This document shows, piece after piece, positions 1 to 12,300 of a DNA stretch of 64,000 bases. Positions within the stretch are counted from its first letter, which is position 1, and each line of letters starts with the position of its first letter. The DNA is from Cyanophora paradoxa CCMP329 (Eukaryota > Plantae > Glaucophyta): positions 1 to 64,000 of the forward strand of contig QPMI01000145.1 of NCBI GenBank assembly GCA_004431415.1, written 5' to 3'. The translations under genes and the position numbers were made by a program. The notes beneath the pieces are model-generated. The model searched no databases and was not told the origin of the DNA. It saw only the letters and a program-made list of their open reading frames with translations.

Positions 1-990
1 TTGATGTTCTGGGCGAAGCAGTGCTGGCGTTGCGTGAGAAGGTTCTGGAGTTGAGTGCGATCCTCGGGAAGGGCGTCGGGGTTCGACTCCGATGGTTTCA
101 ACAGGGCGTCCACCATCGCCTTGATGGTCTCGGGCGATGGCTTTGTAGGAGGCGCAGTGTCACTCGACGGGGGCTCCATTCGAGCGTCGGCATTGACGGA
201 CGCGATGGGCACCGTGGGCCGACTGCGGGGCCAACCAGCATCGGCTCGGAGTCGAAGCGGGCGAAGTGAGGCTCGAAGAAACTGGCCAGCTCCATGAGCT
301 CCTTGTCGTTGAAGTGATCGCCGGTTCGAGCAGTGTAAGGGGTGACGACACGTGCGACGTACGACATGAGACGCTCGCTGGCCTCGTGGGATAGCGGGAT
401 GTCGGCAGCAGCATCGACGGAGCCAACATGCGCCGCCTCGCCCTCCTTGCAGTTGGGTTCGGCGGTCGTCGGTGGTAGACCTCCGGGTAGAGGCGTCGGG
501 CTCGGGAGATGTAGCGCCGTGGTTGCGAGCGTCGGGGTACGACAACAGGCTTGAAGTTCTCATAGATTTGCGCGGCTACGGAAGAGATCGGGAATGTCAG
601 TTGTTGTTGAGGTGTCCAGGAGCTGTAACACCCCTTGGGGTAGGTCTCGACATTCTCGTGTGGACGGAATTCGGACTCCGGCCAAGTCCCGAATTCAGTC
701 TCCGCAATCACAGTTCCGGCTCGCAGGCGGACAGGCCGCCTGTGAGGGTTGCAGATCTGCACGAAAAACGTGCCGTGTGCTGGGTTGCGGTGAATTTGGT
801 ATGGCACCAAGAATTCGACTTCGTCGGCTCCGTCGAAGCCGTCGTCGTCGAGGAGGAGTGGTGGCGGAGTGAGGAGGACTTCCGGTGCGCCGAGAGTCGT
901 GTTCGAAGTCGTTTGTGGCATGTAACATCGAACGAGCGATTCACCCGGCCGTACAGTGATGTCCTTCGCCAATCGGACCAGAACGCCGCC
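1..990 (-). CDS. Pol spacer: dUTPase-like beta-rich domain and linker leading to reverse transcriptase (truncated by the window edge)
   Basis: VLVRLAKDITVRPGESLVRC...FFVQICNPHRRPVRLRAGTVIAE (about 690-990) resembles the PR-RT spacer of many gypsy pol proteins. The final frame reads DRTQLQNLLTQRQHCFAQNI, like the LL..F.DVF helix that precedes gypsy RT. RT motifs themselves are not visible. Confidence 0.65.
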
Positions 991-1079
991 GTCGTGCTGG
1001 CCCGCAGCCGAAAAGGGACGTGGAATCGTTCGCCATCCGAGGAGTCAGGCGACGTGATCGTCATTCCCCAATTTGCTGG

Positions 1080-1430
1080 GTCGAGCACGATGTGAGCGTT
1101 GAGCGCCACCAGCGTTGTGAGGCCGAGTAGCATTGGAGTGTTGCCCATGAGACCAGGCGCGACGACGAGGACCTTCCGCGGAATTGTGACCGGACCAACC
1201 TTAATTGCAATGAATGCGATGCGCGCATAGGCAGTCATGTCCGTTCCAAAGCCGGTGAGGTGCACGCGCGGAGCGTTGCTGTAGCGAAGGCCTGGCAGTT
1301 TGTCGGCGATACTGCCGTCGAGTACGTCCGCAGCGGCTCCTGTATCCACCAATGCCTTGGTGAGGAGGTATTGAAGGACTTGTCGTCGGTGATCGATAGC
1401 GGCGATGTGCAAGTTGACGCAGATTCGGCC
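1080..1430 (-). CDS. Retropepsin-type aspartic protease domain
   Basis: KALVDTGAAADVL (DTG at 1338-1346) and downstream PMLLGLTTLVALNAHI within ORF 708-5171. Confidence 0.9.
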
Positions 1431-4400
1431 GTCGTTGATGCGCTCTCTGAGCGTGCGGTTCGTGTCCGTCATTCGCGCAATGGGGTGTGGTACTGACGGG
1501 CCGCCGTCGCCGAAGAGGGGAACGTCAAGGGGGTCCTCGACGTCGTCAAATCCCAACATGCGTGCCGCGCAGACGCGAAGCGAGGCGAGGTAGCTCTGCT
1601 CATACGGTGTGCACGGTGTCGAACCGGAGATGACGCTGGCTGGCGGGAGCGGTGCCGTCCGCTTGAGGCGAGGTCGCTTCCGCGTGGTTGTCCGCCTGTG
1701 CACGTTCATGAGGACGTCCGTCGCGGCGAATGGGCGTGCCCTGCAGGGAGCTGCCGACAGACGCAGCGGGGGCCGGTGATTGCGCATTGTGGCTGAAAAG
1801 TATCCGACGCCAAGGATGGGCTTGCAGTCGGCGTTTGCGAGCTTGTTGAGGTGGCGGTTGCTGGGCCAGCCATAGTGAATCTCGTTGATCGCGTCAACTT
1901 CGGTCCCCGCTGCGCCATCCCGTCGTTCAGCCGGCCGGTAGCCAGGCTCTCCGGGGGATCGGAACGGGATGGCTTCGCGGTGGCGCGAGAGAGACGCCCG
2001 GAGATATTTGACGAGTTGGGGCCAAGCGTGGCGGAGGCGCGTGTCGCGTTGGAGTACGTGCCGCTCGTAGAAACGTGTCCGTTGAGCGTCATGACTACGG
2101 AAGTCATTGTGGAGGACCACGTCCCACGCCGCGAGGCCGATTGAATTGAGGATGAAGGCCGCCCGAGTGAACAAGGCGCGAGTGAAAGCGAGGTCGGCTG
2201 ACAGGCCCTGAGAGGTTGTGAAATCCCACCGAAAGTTCTCGATCTCGTGGAGCGTCTCCAGGATTGCGTGGGCGTTGAGTTGGTGAGACCGCTGAAGCGG
2301 CGACCAGTCGTACAAGTGATAACTGGCAGCGAATTCAGGGTCCTCGAAGGCACGGTGTCGCGCGGACGTGATCCGCTCGTAGTCCGGTCCCCGTCCAGAG
2401 TAGAGGAGCCAGCAGCCCATCGTGAGATCCGTCGACGTCCTGGGATTAGTGAGGTCGTTGTATGCGATCGTGTACGTGTGCTGCCGTGTGAGCGGTCCAA
2501 GGAGGCCGTGGGGGGCGAACGCGGACGACTGCACGCGCGAGGCTAGGCTCGGCGTCCCGGCCGACGGGGTCTCCGATGGAGCTACGGACTCGGCGGTGGA
2601 GCCACCACTGTCCGAGCTGGAGTCGTCGCCGTCAGAGGTTCCCGTCGTCTCGGTCCCCGTAGGACTACGACGCGGAGGCCTGTTACTGCCAGATGGCTTG
2701 AAGACAACACCCTGGATGTGACCGAAGCGTGCCAGTCCCGTCGGCTCGTTGGTGCGCAGATCCTTGAAGTCGGTCGACCAGACGACGAAGGGTCGGACAA
2801 AGGGCTTGCGCGCAATCCCAGGGTTCCGACGAATGTACTCGTCCGACTTGATCTTGCCGTCGAGGCGCGGGTCCCAAATGTACGCGCGCGACTCCTCTGC
2901 CTTCGTCGTAGTGATGTAGTTCATGATGTTAGTGAAGCGCGTGCGGCCTTCGTACGGGTCGACAGGCGCGCCGTGGGGGCCGTGACCAATGTAAATGTGG
3001 GGGATCTGACGAAGGAGGCTGTCGTTGTCCGGATCGCCCAGGGAGTGACGCAGGGGGAGGACGTCGACGATCTGTACCGCCCGGTAGGCTTCGCGGCTAG
3101 TGAACGTGATGGGCCGCCTCGTCGCCGCGTCGACGGTGGCGTGATTGTAAACGAATTGTTCCAACCAACCGTGGAGTAGCGCCCGCGCCTGCGGTTCGCG
3201 ACTGAAGATGGCGGCGCCGAATTCATTGTAGAATGGATCGAATGTGAAGTTGCCATATTCGGCGTGACGGAATTGCTCGTGTATGTCGGCGTATCGCTGT
3301 TCGAAATCCATAATAGCGTTGCGCACTGCGCTCGCGTTGACGTCATAGACACTGGGACGATGCGGGTGTGACGGATCGTTCGTGGGATCGAAGTCAGCGC
3401 CCCGGACTTGGGCGTTGAGTGCGTTGATGACTCCATCCGGGAGTCGGAATGCTACGGGCCAGCAGTGGTTTCGATCCATGTCGACATCTTCGCGAGCCGC
3501 CGGGGGTGTCTCGTGCTTGATCTGGACCGCCAACCAGTCGTTGGTTGCCTTGTGCAGTAGGGATTCGAAGGCTGTGATTAAATGTGCCGGGTCGACGCGT
3601 TCGCAGTCAGGGTACTCGACCTCGTACCATTTGTCGAGTTTGGCACTGCGCGCCACTTCGCCTGAAGCCGTGAAGCGGAAGTGCAGCTCATCCTCGTGGC
3701 TACGAACGTAGTCGATGATGATGTTCCCGAGTTCCCCCGGTAGGGGCTCGAGGAAGAACGACAAGGCACCGTGCAGCTTGACTGCCGCCGCCAGGTACGC
3801 TGCGATTCCGTACACCCAAGTGTGTACCGAAAGCGGGAACCCCAGGACCTGGTGGACGACGGGGGGCGTTGCAGGCGCGGTGCCCGTGGGCCCGCGACGA
3901 CGCAGAGACACGACGACGCCCCCAGGGCCAGTGTAGTCATTGACGGACACCGGGAAGTACTTGGGGTCGGGGCCGCACGGGTGCGGCCCCGCCGCCTCGT
4001 TTGGGGGTTTCCTCGTGCCCGCGATGATCTGCTGCCAGGTGTTCCGGTTGTTCGCGTCGAAGATAGTGATGTGCGAGCGGTTCTGGATCGTGTTGGGGGC
4101 ACCGCGGCTGGGTCCGGCCGGTGCAACGTGCGTGAATCGGACGATTCGAGGGCCGCACAGGTCAGCATTGGCCGGCGTAAGAGTCATGGGCGGCGCGTTG
4201 AGGTCGTCGGGCATGGCAATCTCGTAGAAGCATCGTTCGACATCTTGACGTGAAGCGGAGTCACGGAGGTGCGCGTGGTTGTCCTCGTCGTAGATGCAGT
4301 CGAAGTAGTCGGCATACTTGTTGGCCGGGTGGAACTCGTCGGCGGCCGTGATCAGGAACGATCGGAAGGGCAGGCCCGCGCGGTTGTGCTGGCTGAGTTC

Positions 4401-7400
4401 GCCATGGCCGGGAGCACCGGCGCGGTACGGGTAGGTGCCGGGGCCGACGCCGTAGCGTAGGACACGACTGAGTGCTCGCGAGAAGTTCGACCAGCGTACG
4501 TGCATCTTCATGAGGAATGGGCGCATGTACGGGACGCGCCGGAGAAATGCCTCGAGACCAGAGTCGCCGAGTAGCACGTATGGCATGTGGACCTCACCTA
4601 GGACGTGCATGTACTTCTTTGTCGTGGTGGCGGGATGAACTGGGGGTGGGTCCCGAGTCGGGATTCCCTCCAGCTCTTCGACCGGCGGCGGCTCCGGGAG
4701 CTCCTCCGGTCTGTGCCCGTCCTCCACAGTGAGCTCCTCGGTCAGATCAGCCGTCTGTCCGAACGGGGCTGGGCCTCCGAGGATGTGAGCCGCGACGGCG
4801 AAGATGTGGGGCGCGTGTCGCCCATGTTCCTGGATCGTTTTGCAGTACGCTGTGGCCAGGAAGTCCGTGTTCGTGAAGAGAAGCGGTGTCATGAAGATGT
4901 GATAGGAGGTATCCCGTCCCGGATCAGTATCCAGAGGTAGGAAGTCACCTCCAGCTCGCGTCTCCTCGGGGCTGTATGTGCGCATGCCGTACGGGAGTGG
5001 GGGCGAGGATTGTGGAGACGGATTGGGTACCAGTCGTTGATCGTTTGGGCGAATAATTCCCCGTTGATGTGATTGTTGCGCCGTCCAAAACCGCATAGAA
5101 CGTGTCGCGCTCGTTCTCCGTCGAATCAGGTCGCGTTCCCGTCGGACCATCACGCCGCTCAGATCGGCCACACTCCGTGCTGGTAGCCAGCGCCGTCGAC
5201 GACCGTGAAGCCTTCGCCCATTCCTCGTTGAGGAAGGCCCAGAAATAGACGTCAGGAATGTCAGCGTTCTCCGAGAGTAGCACCTCCTTGAAAGGAACAG
5301 TGTGGAGTTCGCTCAAAATTCTGGAGATGATGGAGTCGACCTCCTCGGAGTGAGCCGGGCGGCCTTGCGCTCCTTCTTCTGCAACTTCTCGTCATTCGGT
5401 CGCTTCTCGCGGGGGCGCTTGCGCTCTGTTCCGTAGACCATAGCGCGGGCGCGAAGCCCGAAGTACGTGTTGGAGTTCCAGAAAGTGTCCTTGCTCATGT
5501 CGTCGACAAGTCCAACGAGGGAATCCAGTCAGGAACGCGAGGCAAGATGTCGATGCCGTCCGACGTCCACTGTGTCAGTATCCGTACTCGTCAACGTCGC
5601 GCTCAGGGCCGTGGACCGGACGGCGAGAGGGTCGGTGACGGGTACCATCGGACTGGGAGGACAGGAGTAGGTGATCGCGGTAGCGCGGGTAAAGCATGCA
5701 GTAGAACAGATTCAATCGATGCTCGGCGTCCAGGAGGAAGGCCCGTGTTACCGCCAAGCGCTGGGTGGTCGTAGCCTTGCTAAGTGCAGTGTCGAGTCGA
5801 GCGACGAGGCCGAAAGCAAGCTTGCTCGCAGTACGAGTGCTTGACTCCGTCTCGAGCTTGTACGCGCGACGCATGCCTCGAGAGTCAGCTGAGGATATGG
5901 GAGCGCCACGCAGTTTGCACGCCAGGAGCGCCGCCTCTTCAGGGTGCACCATTATGTAACGGTCAGAGTTGTAATAGAGCTCGACAGCTGGCTCGGGCTG
6001 CTTCGGGGTGAAGACGGGGGTGCAGTCGCGATTCGAGACGGATCGGTTTGCCCTTCTTGGCGAGTTGACGCTTGTGCATGAACGTAGTGATTGACATCGC
6101 GACAACGGTGGTGTCATGTAGCTCGGCGAGCCTTGCCAGCGCAGTCGTCTCCGTGACAGACGCGGCGACGACGTTCGTGAAATTTGAGGGAGGACGCCGG
6201 AGCGGTGACGGGACAGTCCGTGCCGAAGACAGTGGTGTAGGTCGGACTCGCTGACGGGGGGCGTGCGCAGACGATGGACATCGCGTGCCGCGACCACTGC
6301 TAACTGGCTGTTCAGCCGGATCTCCTCCGCGAGCTCGGCGGTCGCCCGCTGGTTCGTAGCCGGGTTCGCGTCGGATTTCGGGTTGAAACGGGACGTGTAG
6401 TAACGGCGCAGGAAGTTGCCGGGCCCTCGACGTCGGCTGTGATGTTGACGAGGCGGAGTACGTTCTCGACTTGCTCGGTGAGCATTGACAGCAACGGCGC
6501 GTGACTCGTCGGCCATGGACGGTCGGAGCTCGGTGCTGGGTCACGAACGTCGTAGAGGTGAGCAAATCGGCTATCCCCGTAGCGGTCGCGCGTCTCGTCC
6601 CACTTGTAATGGTCGAAGTATGCAGCGATGTCCCACGCCCGCGCCAGGGCCGTCGAACGCATCGACAAGGCGATGTCGGGCGGCGGTGAACCGTGTCGAA
6701 GCGTAGACAGATAGATGTCGTCAGGTCCTGTGAGCGGGGCCGTGAACTTGACAGTTTGGACCAGTTGCCTGATTGTTGCAAGGCGCGTCGCCGTGTTCGT
6801 GATCTTGTCGAAGTTCAAGAACCGTTCATCGCTCTCCGTCATCTCCACGTCGTAGTGCAGCGTCCGGAGATTGCGGGCAAGGTTGACAGCCACCTGAAGG
6901 ATGCACGGTACGACTGGAGTCTTGGACTGGTGTACAAGAGTGAACTCTGTCGGTGTCAAACCAAACAGCTCCAGCATCTCTGGCCGTCCGAGGACATCGG
7001 CGAGCGGTCGTTCGGGTGAGGCCACGTGGTCGCCGTCTCCCAGGCGCGAAGGGCTGAGCCCGCGCGAGGCGCATGATGACGTGGATGACGGAGCGGAATC
7101 GGTCAGATGTTGAAGGAGGTAGTGAGCCTGGTCACTCGGGCGAGTACCCAGCAACGGTTGCCCAGTAGGCGTGTTGCTGCGGGCAGCTGCGAGGTGCATG
7201 CAGCTCGTGAGCTCGCTGGCGGCGAAGAGGGTCGGCGTCTCAGGGTCTTGCGCCAATCCGTCGTCGTCGTTGTGACCATGAAGCGTCGCGGCGTGTCCAG
7301 GTACGCACGCAGCTGGTTGTGCACCACGGGCTTGAGGCGAAGGATCGTCCAGGCGTGGCGGTGTCCAAGGTCGGCGGCCACGTCCTTGATCTCGGGCTCC

Positions 7401-10400
7401 GAGTCGCTGGACGTGTCTTCGTCGGTGTCAGGAGGACTGTCACGGTCGTCGTGAGGGCTCGGCAAGGTCGGCGTGTCGACGATGATTCCCCTCGAAACGC
7501 GCGGGTCGCCCATGGGCACGTCCTCGGTCCTCTCAGTGCCCGACGAGTCGGCAGTCGTCGAGTCAGGCATCGACGCGTCGGTCGGTGCAGTGTAGTCGGG
7601 GTGAAGTGACGGGATCGGCAGCATCGGGGTTGGGCCGGGCTCTGCGGCGGGGCCGCCGTCACAGTCGTGGCCGGGCTGGCGGGGCGTCGGACGGGGCCAG
7701 TAGCTCAGGCGCAGGCGACGGGGCCGTCGAGACCGCAGCCACGGCCGTGGGGGACGGGACGCTGTGCGGGGTCGTCAGCGAGGTCGCCATCGCCGGTGCG
7801 ATGGGCGAAGCATCTCGAGCGGCCGTCGACGAGACCGGCGTCTCGAGAGCGGGCGTCGGGGTCACCGGAGTCGTCGTCACGGGTGCAACGGGCTGGGCGT
7901 CCGGAGTCGTCGTCGCGGGTGCAACGGGCTGGGCGTCCGGAGTGTCCGTCGACGAGGCCGTCACCTCGGGCGCAGGGGGTGGGTCGTTCCGCGGGGCCGG
8001 GGGCTCCGGGGCGTCGGTCGGCGGTGTCACCGGTGCCGTTGGGCACGTCATGTCGTCGTCGTGGTAGTGAGGGTTGCCCGGGGTCTGGGGCCGGCTGGTA
8101 TGAATCGGGAGCGCGCGGCCGCGGCCCCTGACCGTTCCCCCGTGCCTCGCCGATTGGCGCGGTGGAGCCTGTGCTGCCGCAGTACGGCGACGGGCGTCCA
8201 TGGTGCGGCCACGAGCAATACCACGATTGCAGCCTGCAAGTAGGGGCTTGCGCCGCGGCCTGCACCGGGTCCTCTCCCTTGGCAGCTTCGGCGTCGAGGC
8301 GAGCCTGCAGTTCACGTGCGAGCTGTTCGTCGGCCAGCAGCTGCGCGTGCTTGTCGGGCGGAGTGGTCGGGGACGGCGTTCCAGGCGTGCGGCGACGAAG
8401 GATGTCTGTCAACACGTTGTGGACTTCGAGGTACCTCGCCGAAAACTGCGTCGGGTCCCGAAGTCGCGCGTTCTCGGCGGCGAGTCGCAAGTACTCCATG
8501 TCGACGTCGTTGGTTCGGAGAGTGAGATGCGGCTTAATCTTGTCCCGCTGTCGAGCCGGCCAGTCGTGTAGAACGGCAGCGACGTAAATCGACGCCAACT
8601 TGCGGCTCACTCCCCCAGCTGCAGCGACCGTGGTCTCAGGCACCGGGTAGGGCGGAAGATCAGTTGGTGTCGGGCCGAGGCGCGTGTTCGGCTCATCGAC
8701 GGGGTGCATTAACGCGTGAGCATGGTAGAACGCCGGTGCCGACAAGCAGACGGGAAGCGACGCGTTCACAGTCGTTCGCGCGAGTCGGGACGTGTCCTGC
8801 CCAGAGGTGTTGACAACTCCCGGGCGAGAATGATTGGCCGAGTGCCTATCGGTCCAGTACTCGCGTCGCGAACGCCAGGCCGGAGGGTGCTGGCGCGGAC
8901 GGTGAAGGGGCTGACGTCGACGTTAAGGAAGATGTCAGCGACCCGAGGCCAGTCGTCGTTCCCCGTCAAAGACGTCGTTCCCTGTGGGGTGATATCCATT
9001 AACAGACCGATAATCCGCAGGAAGAGCGTCTTCATTTCCATCGTCACTCCGTACAGAGCGTCGAGCGTGATGTCCGCCGGTGCATCGTCAGGTCGCAGAG
9101 TACTCGGGTACGGCGTGCGCTGGCGTGAGGTTGGCGACGGTACGGGCAATTGCGGACGAACTCCATGTACGGCGGCGTTGTGCAGAGGCGGCAGTGCTCC
9201 TGAAGCTCGACGTTAGTCATTGTCACCGTGTTGCCCGTGGTCGAGTCGATGTACTCGTAGTAGCGGTGCGCAATGCTGATCACTGATGCACGGAGCCGGT
9301 GGTTCACGATGACGGGTGAGCCATCGGGGCCGATGCTGCACGTGTGGCACGGTGCAGGCATGTCGACTGGCGACAGGAAGAGAAGAATTTGCTGTCCCCC
9401 AACACTGACCATGATCTTCTCGACCGTGCGAGAGGCGAAGACGCGGTCTCCACCCTCGCGCTCATACCTCCCCGCTGCCTGGTGGCGACGAGCGATGAGC
9501 GTGATCGAGTCTTCCGCAATGTCCATCAGCATCTCGCGCAACTTCCGGTTGCGGTTGATGGGTCATTGTCAGCCCTGTCCTCCGACGCCTTGGGCCGCAG
9601 TACGGCGGGCGCGGGTGGAGTGGGCGTGGTCGGCGGACGATTGGCGTCTTGTCCTCAGGGGCGAGGCCCTCTGCCGTCGCGACAGAGCTGGGTCCGGCGA
9701 CGGGGTCGGTCGGAGCGTTTGCCGCGACGAAACGAGCGTAGGCGTCAGCAGCCTTTGCCGAAGTCGCGTCAGGGCCTGAGGCGAACCGTAGCTCACCCTC
9801 GCGCTCGAGAATGTAGACGAGAAGTAGGATCGTAGACTCGACGTCGTAGCCACGGAGGTACGTGCGGAGTGTGCTCTCAACGTAATTGACAGCGGCCGTT
9901 CGTCGGTTGGGGCGCATGAATGTTGGGCTGCGGTTCTGCGCGTCGGTGAAGGACGTCTTGACACGGTTCAGGAGGGACTCGACGACAGCAGCTCCTGGGA
10001 GCGTCAGCGTTGTCGTAGGTGCAGGCGGCGCGTCGGTTGTGTCCATGGCGCCGTCGGTGAAAGTGAAGACACGACGGGCGCACAGAGCGTTGACGATTGC
10101 CTGAACCGTAGTGTCAACATCGAATGCCTCGAGCTCCTTACGCAGTACACTCGTGACGTGGTTGGCCGCAGCCTGCCGCGTGCGAGGCGGCGGGGCGCCC
10201 GTGTTCGTGATGGCCATCGCTGCCATTTCAACCAAGTGTAACAGCTGCTCGCCCTCAGCGCCCCGGTAGGGCCGGCGAAGCTGCTCGTTGGTGTTCGAGA
10301 TGTTAGTGTTAATTGCCGCGATAGTCGTCGTCTCACGGGCGATTGCGATCCACGTGCGCAACGTTGTCACGTCATCCTCAGTGGCCGTGTCTGCAATGAT

Positions 10401-12300
10401 GCGTGTGACGGCCGCATTCAGACGCTTGTGCTCACTGTGGCCTTTCGGGTTGATGAGCGGGCGGGTCGCCAGCAAGTGCCAATGCGGGTGGCTGTGGTGA
10501 GCGTGAGTGCCGTCAGCGCACGGGATGCCGGGGTTCACGTCGAGCGCCGGCGGGATCGGGAACCGCCCGTTCTTCGCGTGTCCGGAGATGTCGCGGGCGA
10601 TCACAAAGAACTCCATCTCCCTGGTCGGGTCACGAACGGGGTGCGACGTAGGGAGGCTTTCAAGCGCAGCGATGAGCGCGGAGTGAGCAGTACGAAGTCC
10701 GTCATTGGGCGCGTCACGACGGTGTGCCGAGGGAATGGGGCGGGCAACAAGGGTACCATTCTCCTGGCGGCCGACGACATGGGGGTGGCAGTCAGCACAC
10801 GTCTCGTTGGCGAAAGACAGGTCCCGACGGCGAGGCATGTGCGCATCCTCCGTGAATACCGCGGTACGGTAATTGGAGGCCTGCGTGAAGACGGGGTACA
10901 TGTTGTCGTGGGGCTTGGGGAAGCGGTGCGCGCGCGCCTCCTCCGAGTCGCCTTCCGCATCGATAGCGTTGCGGACGCGAGCCCAGCAGACACCGGGGCC
11001 CTTCGGCTCGAGGTACGTCGTGAGCATCTGGAGGGCGGGGCAGTAAAGGATGGTACGCGCGTGGATCTGGCGCTGGTCGCTCGAAGGGATGCCATCACGA
11101 AGCCAGTCAGTGCACTGGATGCCGTCGACGTGCATGCGGTTGTTAACACGGCGAGTGTGCATGTTGTAAGCAACGTTGTCGAGCCAGTCAGTGCAAAGGG
11201 GTACCAAGGACTCGCAGCCCTCGACCGCCGGTAGCGAGTCGATTTCGGGCATCTTGGCGGCGGGGCCTTGTAGTTCGGGGTCGGCCGCCCACTTCCCTTC
11301 GAGACGTTCCCCTCCTGCTGCGAGGTGGCTGCGGGGGAGTCGGTGCTCGATTTGGAGGTTAGCGGGCCGAGTGCAGTGTCCATCGGCGACTCTGTGACGG
11401 GGTCCCCAGGGCGCAGTACGTCCGGGTCTTCGGCTCCCGCACAGAGTCAGCGTCGGAGTTCGTGCTCTTCGCCGAGGGGGCGGCCGCGAAGGTGAGCGAC
11501 CTCGTGACTGCGACGCGGGCGACGGGATTGATGGCGTTCGGGCGCGGGCGGTGCATACGGCCAAAGTTTCGAGTGAAGAGCGGGGTTTTCTTGGACGTGA
11601 CGGGAGCCAAGGCGGCGGACATGCGAGTGTGGTCGTGCCGGCGGAGGCCAGCGTTGATGAGGTCGCGGATACTGCCGGCAGTGACGCCCCGCCGGGCTGC
11701 GCACACCGAATTGGAACACGGGACTCGGCCGCAGTACGGCTTCCCGTTTCCATCTCTGTCGACAAGTCAGACGGGGCCGGCGACGACGGCCGGTCGCGTG
11801 AGTCGACGAGGGGGACGGCGACGCGGGTTCAGCGACGGGGATGGCGACGGGGACGGGGGCCGTCCTCTCCGCCGCCGACGTTACCGGCTGCGTCGCCGTC
11901 GTGGCGTTGACGTCCCGAACGAAGTGCGCGATGTCCGATGCCGAGGGCTGCGTCGGCGTGATCGGGACAGTTTGCACCGGAGCGATCGGTACCATGGCCA
12001 GGCTGTCCGTCGTAGCCTCAGTCTCCCGGCCCGAGTCAGGACCACCGGACTGCACGGCGTCTCCGTGGTCAGTCGGGCGAGGGTTCGGGGGCGGCGCGTT
12101 AGCGATGGGCCGGTCGGGCGCGGAGACGGCGCGTCAGCAACGGAGCCAGTCGGGCGCGAAGGCAGCGCGTCAGTGACGGGGCCAGCCGGGCGCGAAGACG
12201 GCGCGTCAACAACGGGGCCAGTCGGGCGCGAAGACGGCGCGTCAACAACGGGGCCAGTCGGGCGCTGCATCGGGGCGGGATTGCCGAGGAGGGTGGCGTT
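1430..12300 (-). CDS. About 3600-codon insert of unknown function between nucleocapsid and protease (globular-looking blocks separated by Pro/Thr/Ser linkers)
   Basis: Overlapping protein-like minus-strand ORFs tile the interval almost without gaps (11881-12576, 11447-12055, 11359-11706, 9462-11765, 9044-9541, 8766-9149, 7705-8769, 7659-8315, 7103-7624, 6312-7256, 5575-6516, 5313-5498, 4945-5316, 708-5171). The last one is in frame with the protease. Confidence 0.75.
7865..7943 (-). repeat. 36-bp in-frame duplication (TPDAQPVAP[A/V]TT x2) in a Pro/Thr linker
   Basis: CCGGAGTCGTCGTC[A/G]CGGGTGCAACGGGCTGGGCGT occurs twice in tandem. Confidence 0.85.
12107..12265 (-). repeat. 36-bp in-frame coding tandem repeat, about 4.4 copies (RPTGPVVDAPSS)
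   Basis: Unit GGGCCAGTCGGGCGCGAAGACGGCGCGTCAACAACG with variants. Confidence 0.9.

Noticed and set aside
5313-8769. NTGA stop/start overlaps at 5313-5316, 7659-7662 and 8766-8769 resembling prokaryotic translational coupling in an operon
   Set aside because: Where checked (8769), the downstream frame is already open and protein-like before the GTG. Such overlaps are an expected by-product of -1 frame breaks plus alternative-start ORF calling in a eukaryotic retroelement.
10785-10799. CADCH as a cytochrome c heme-binding motif
   Set aside because: It is an isolated motif in a retroelement polyprotein with no targeting signal. Zinc binding or chance is more likely.
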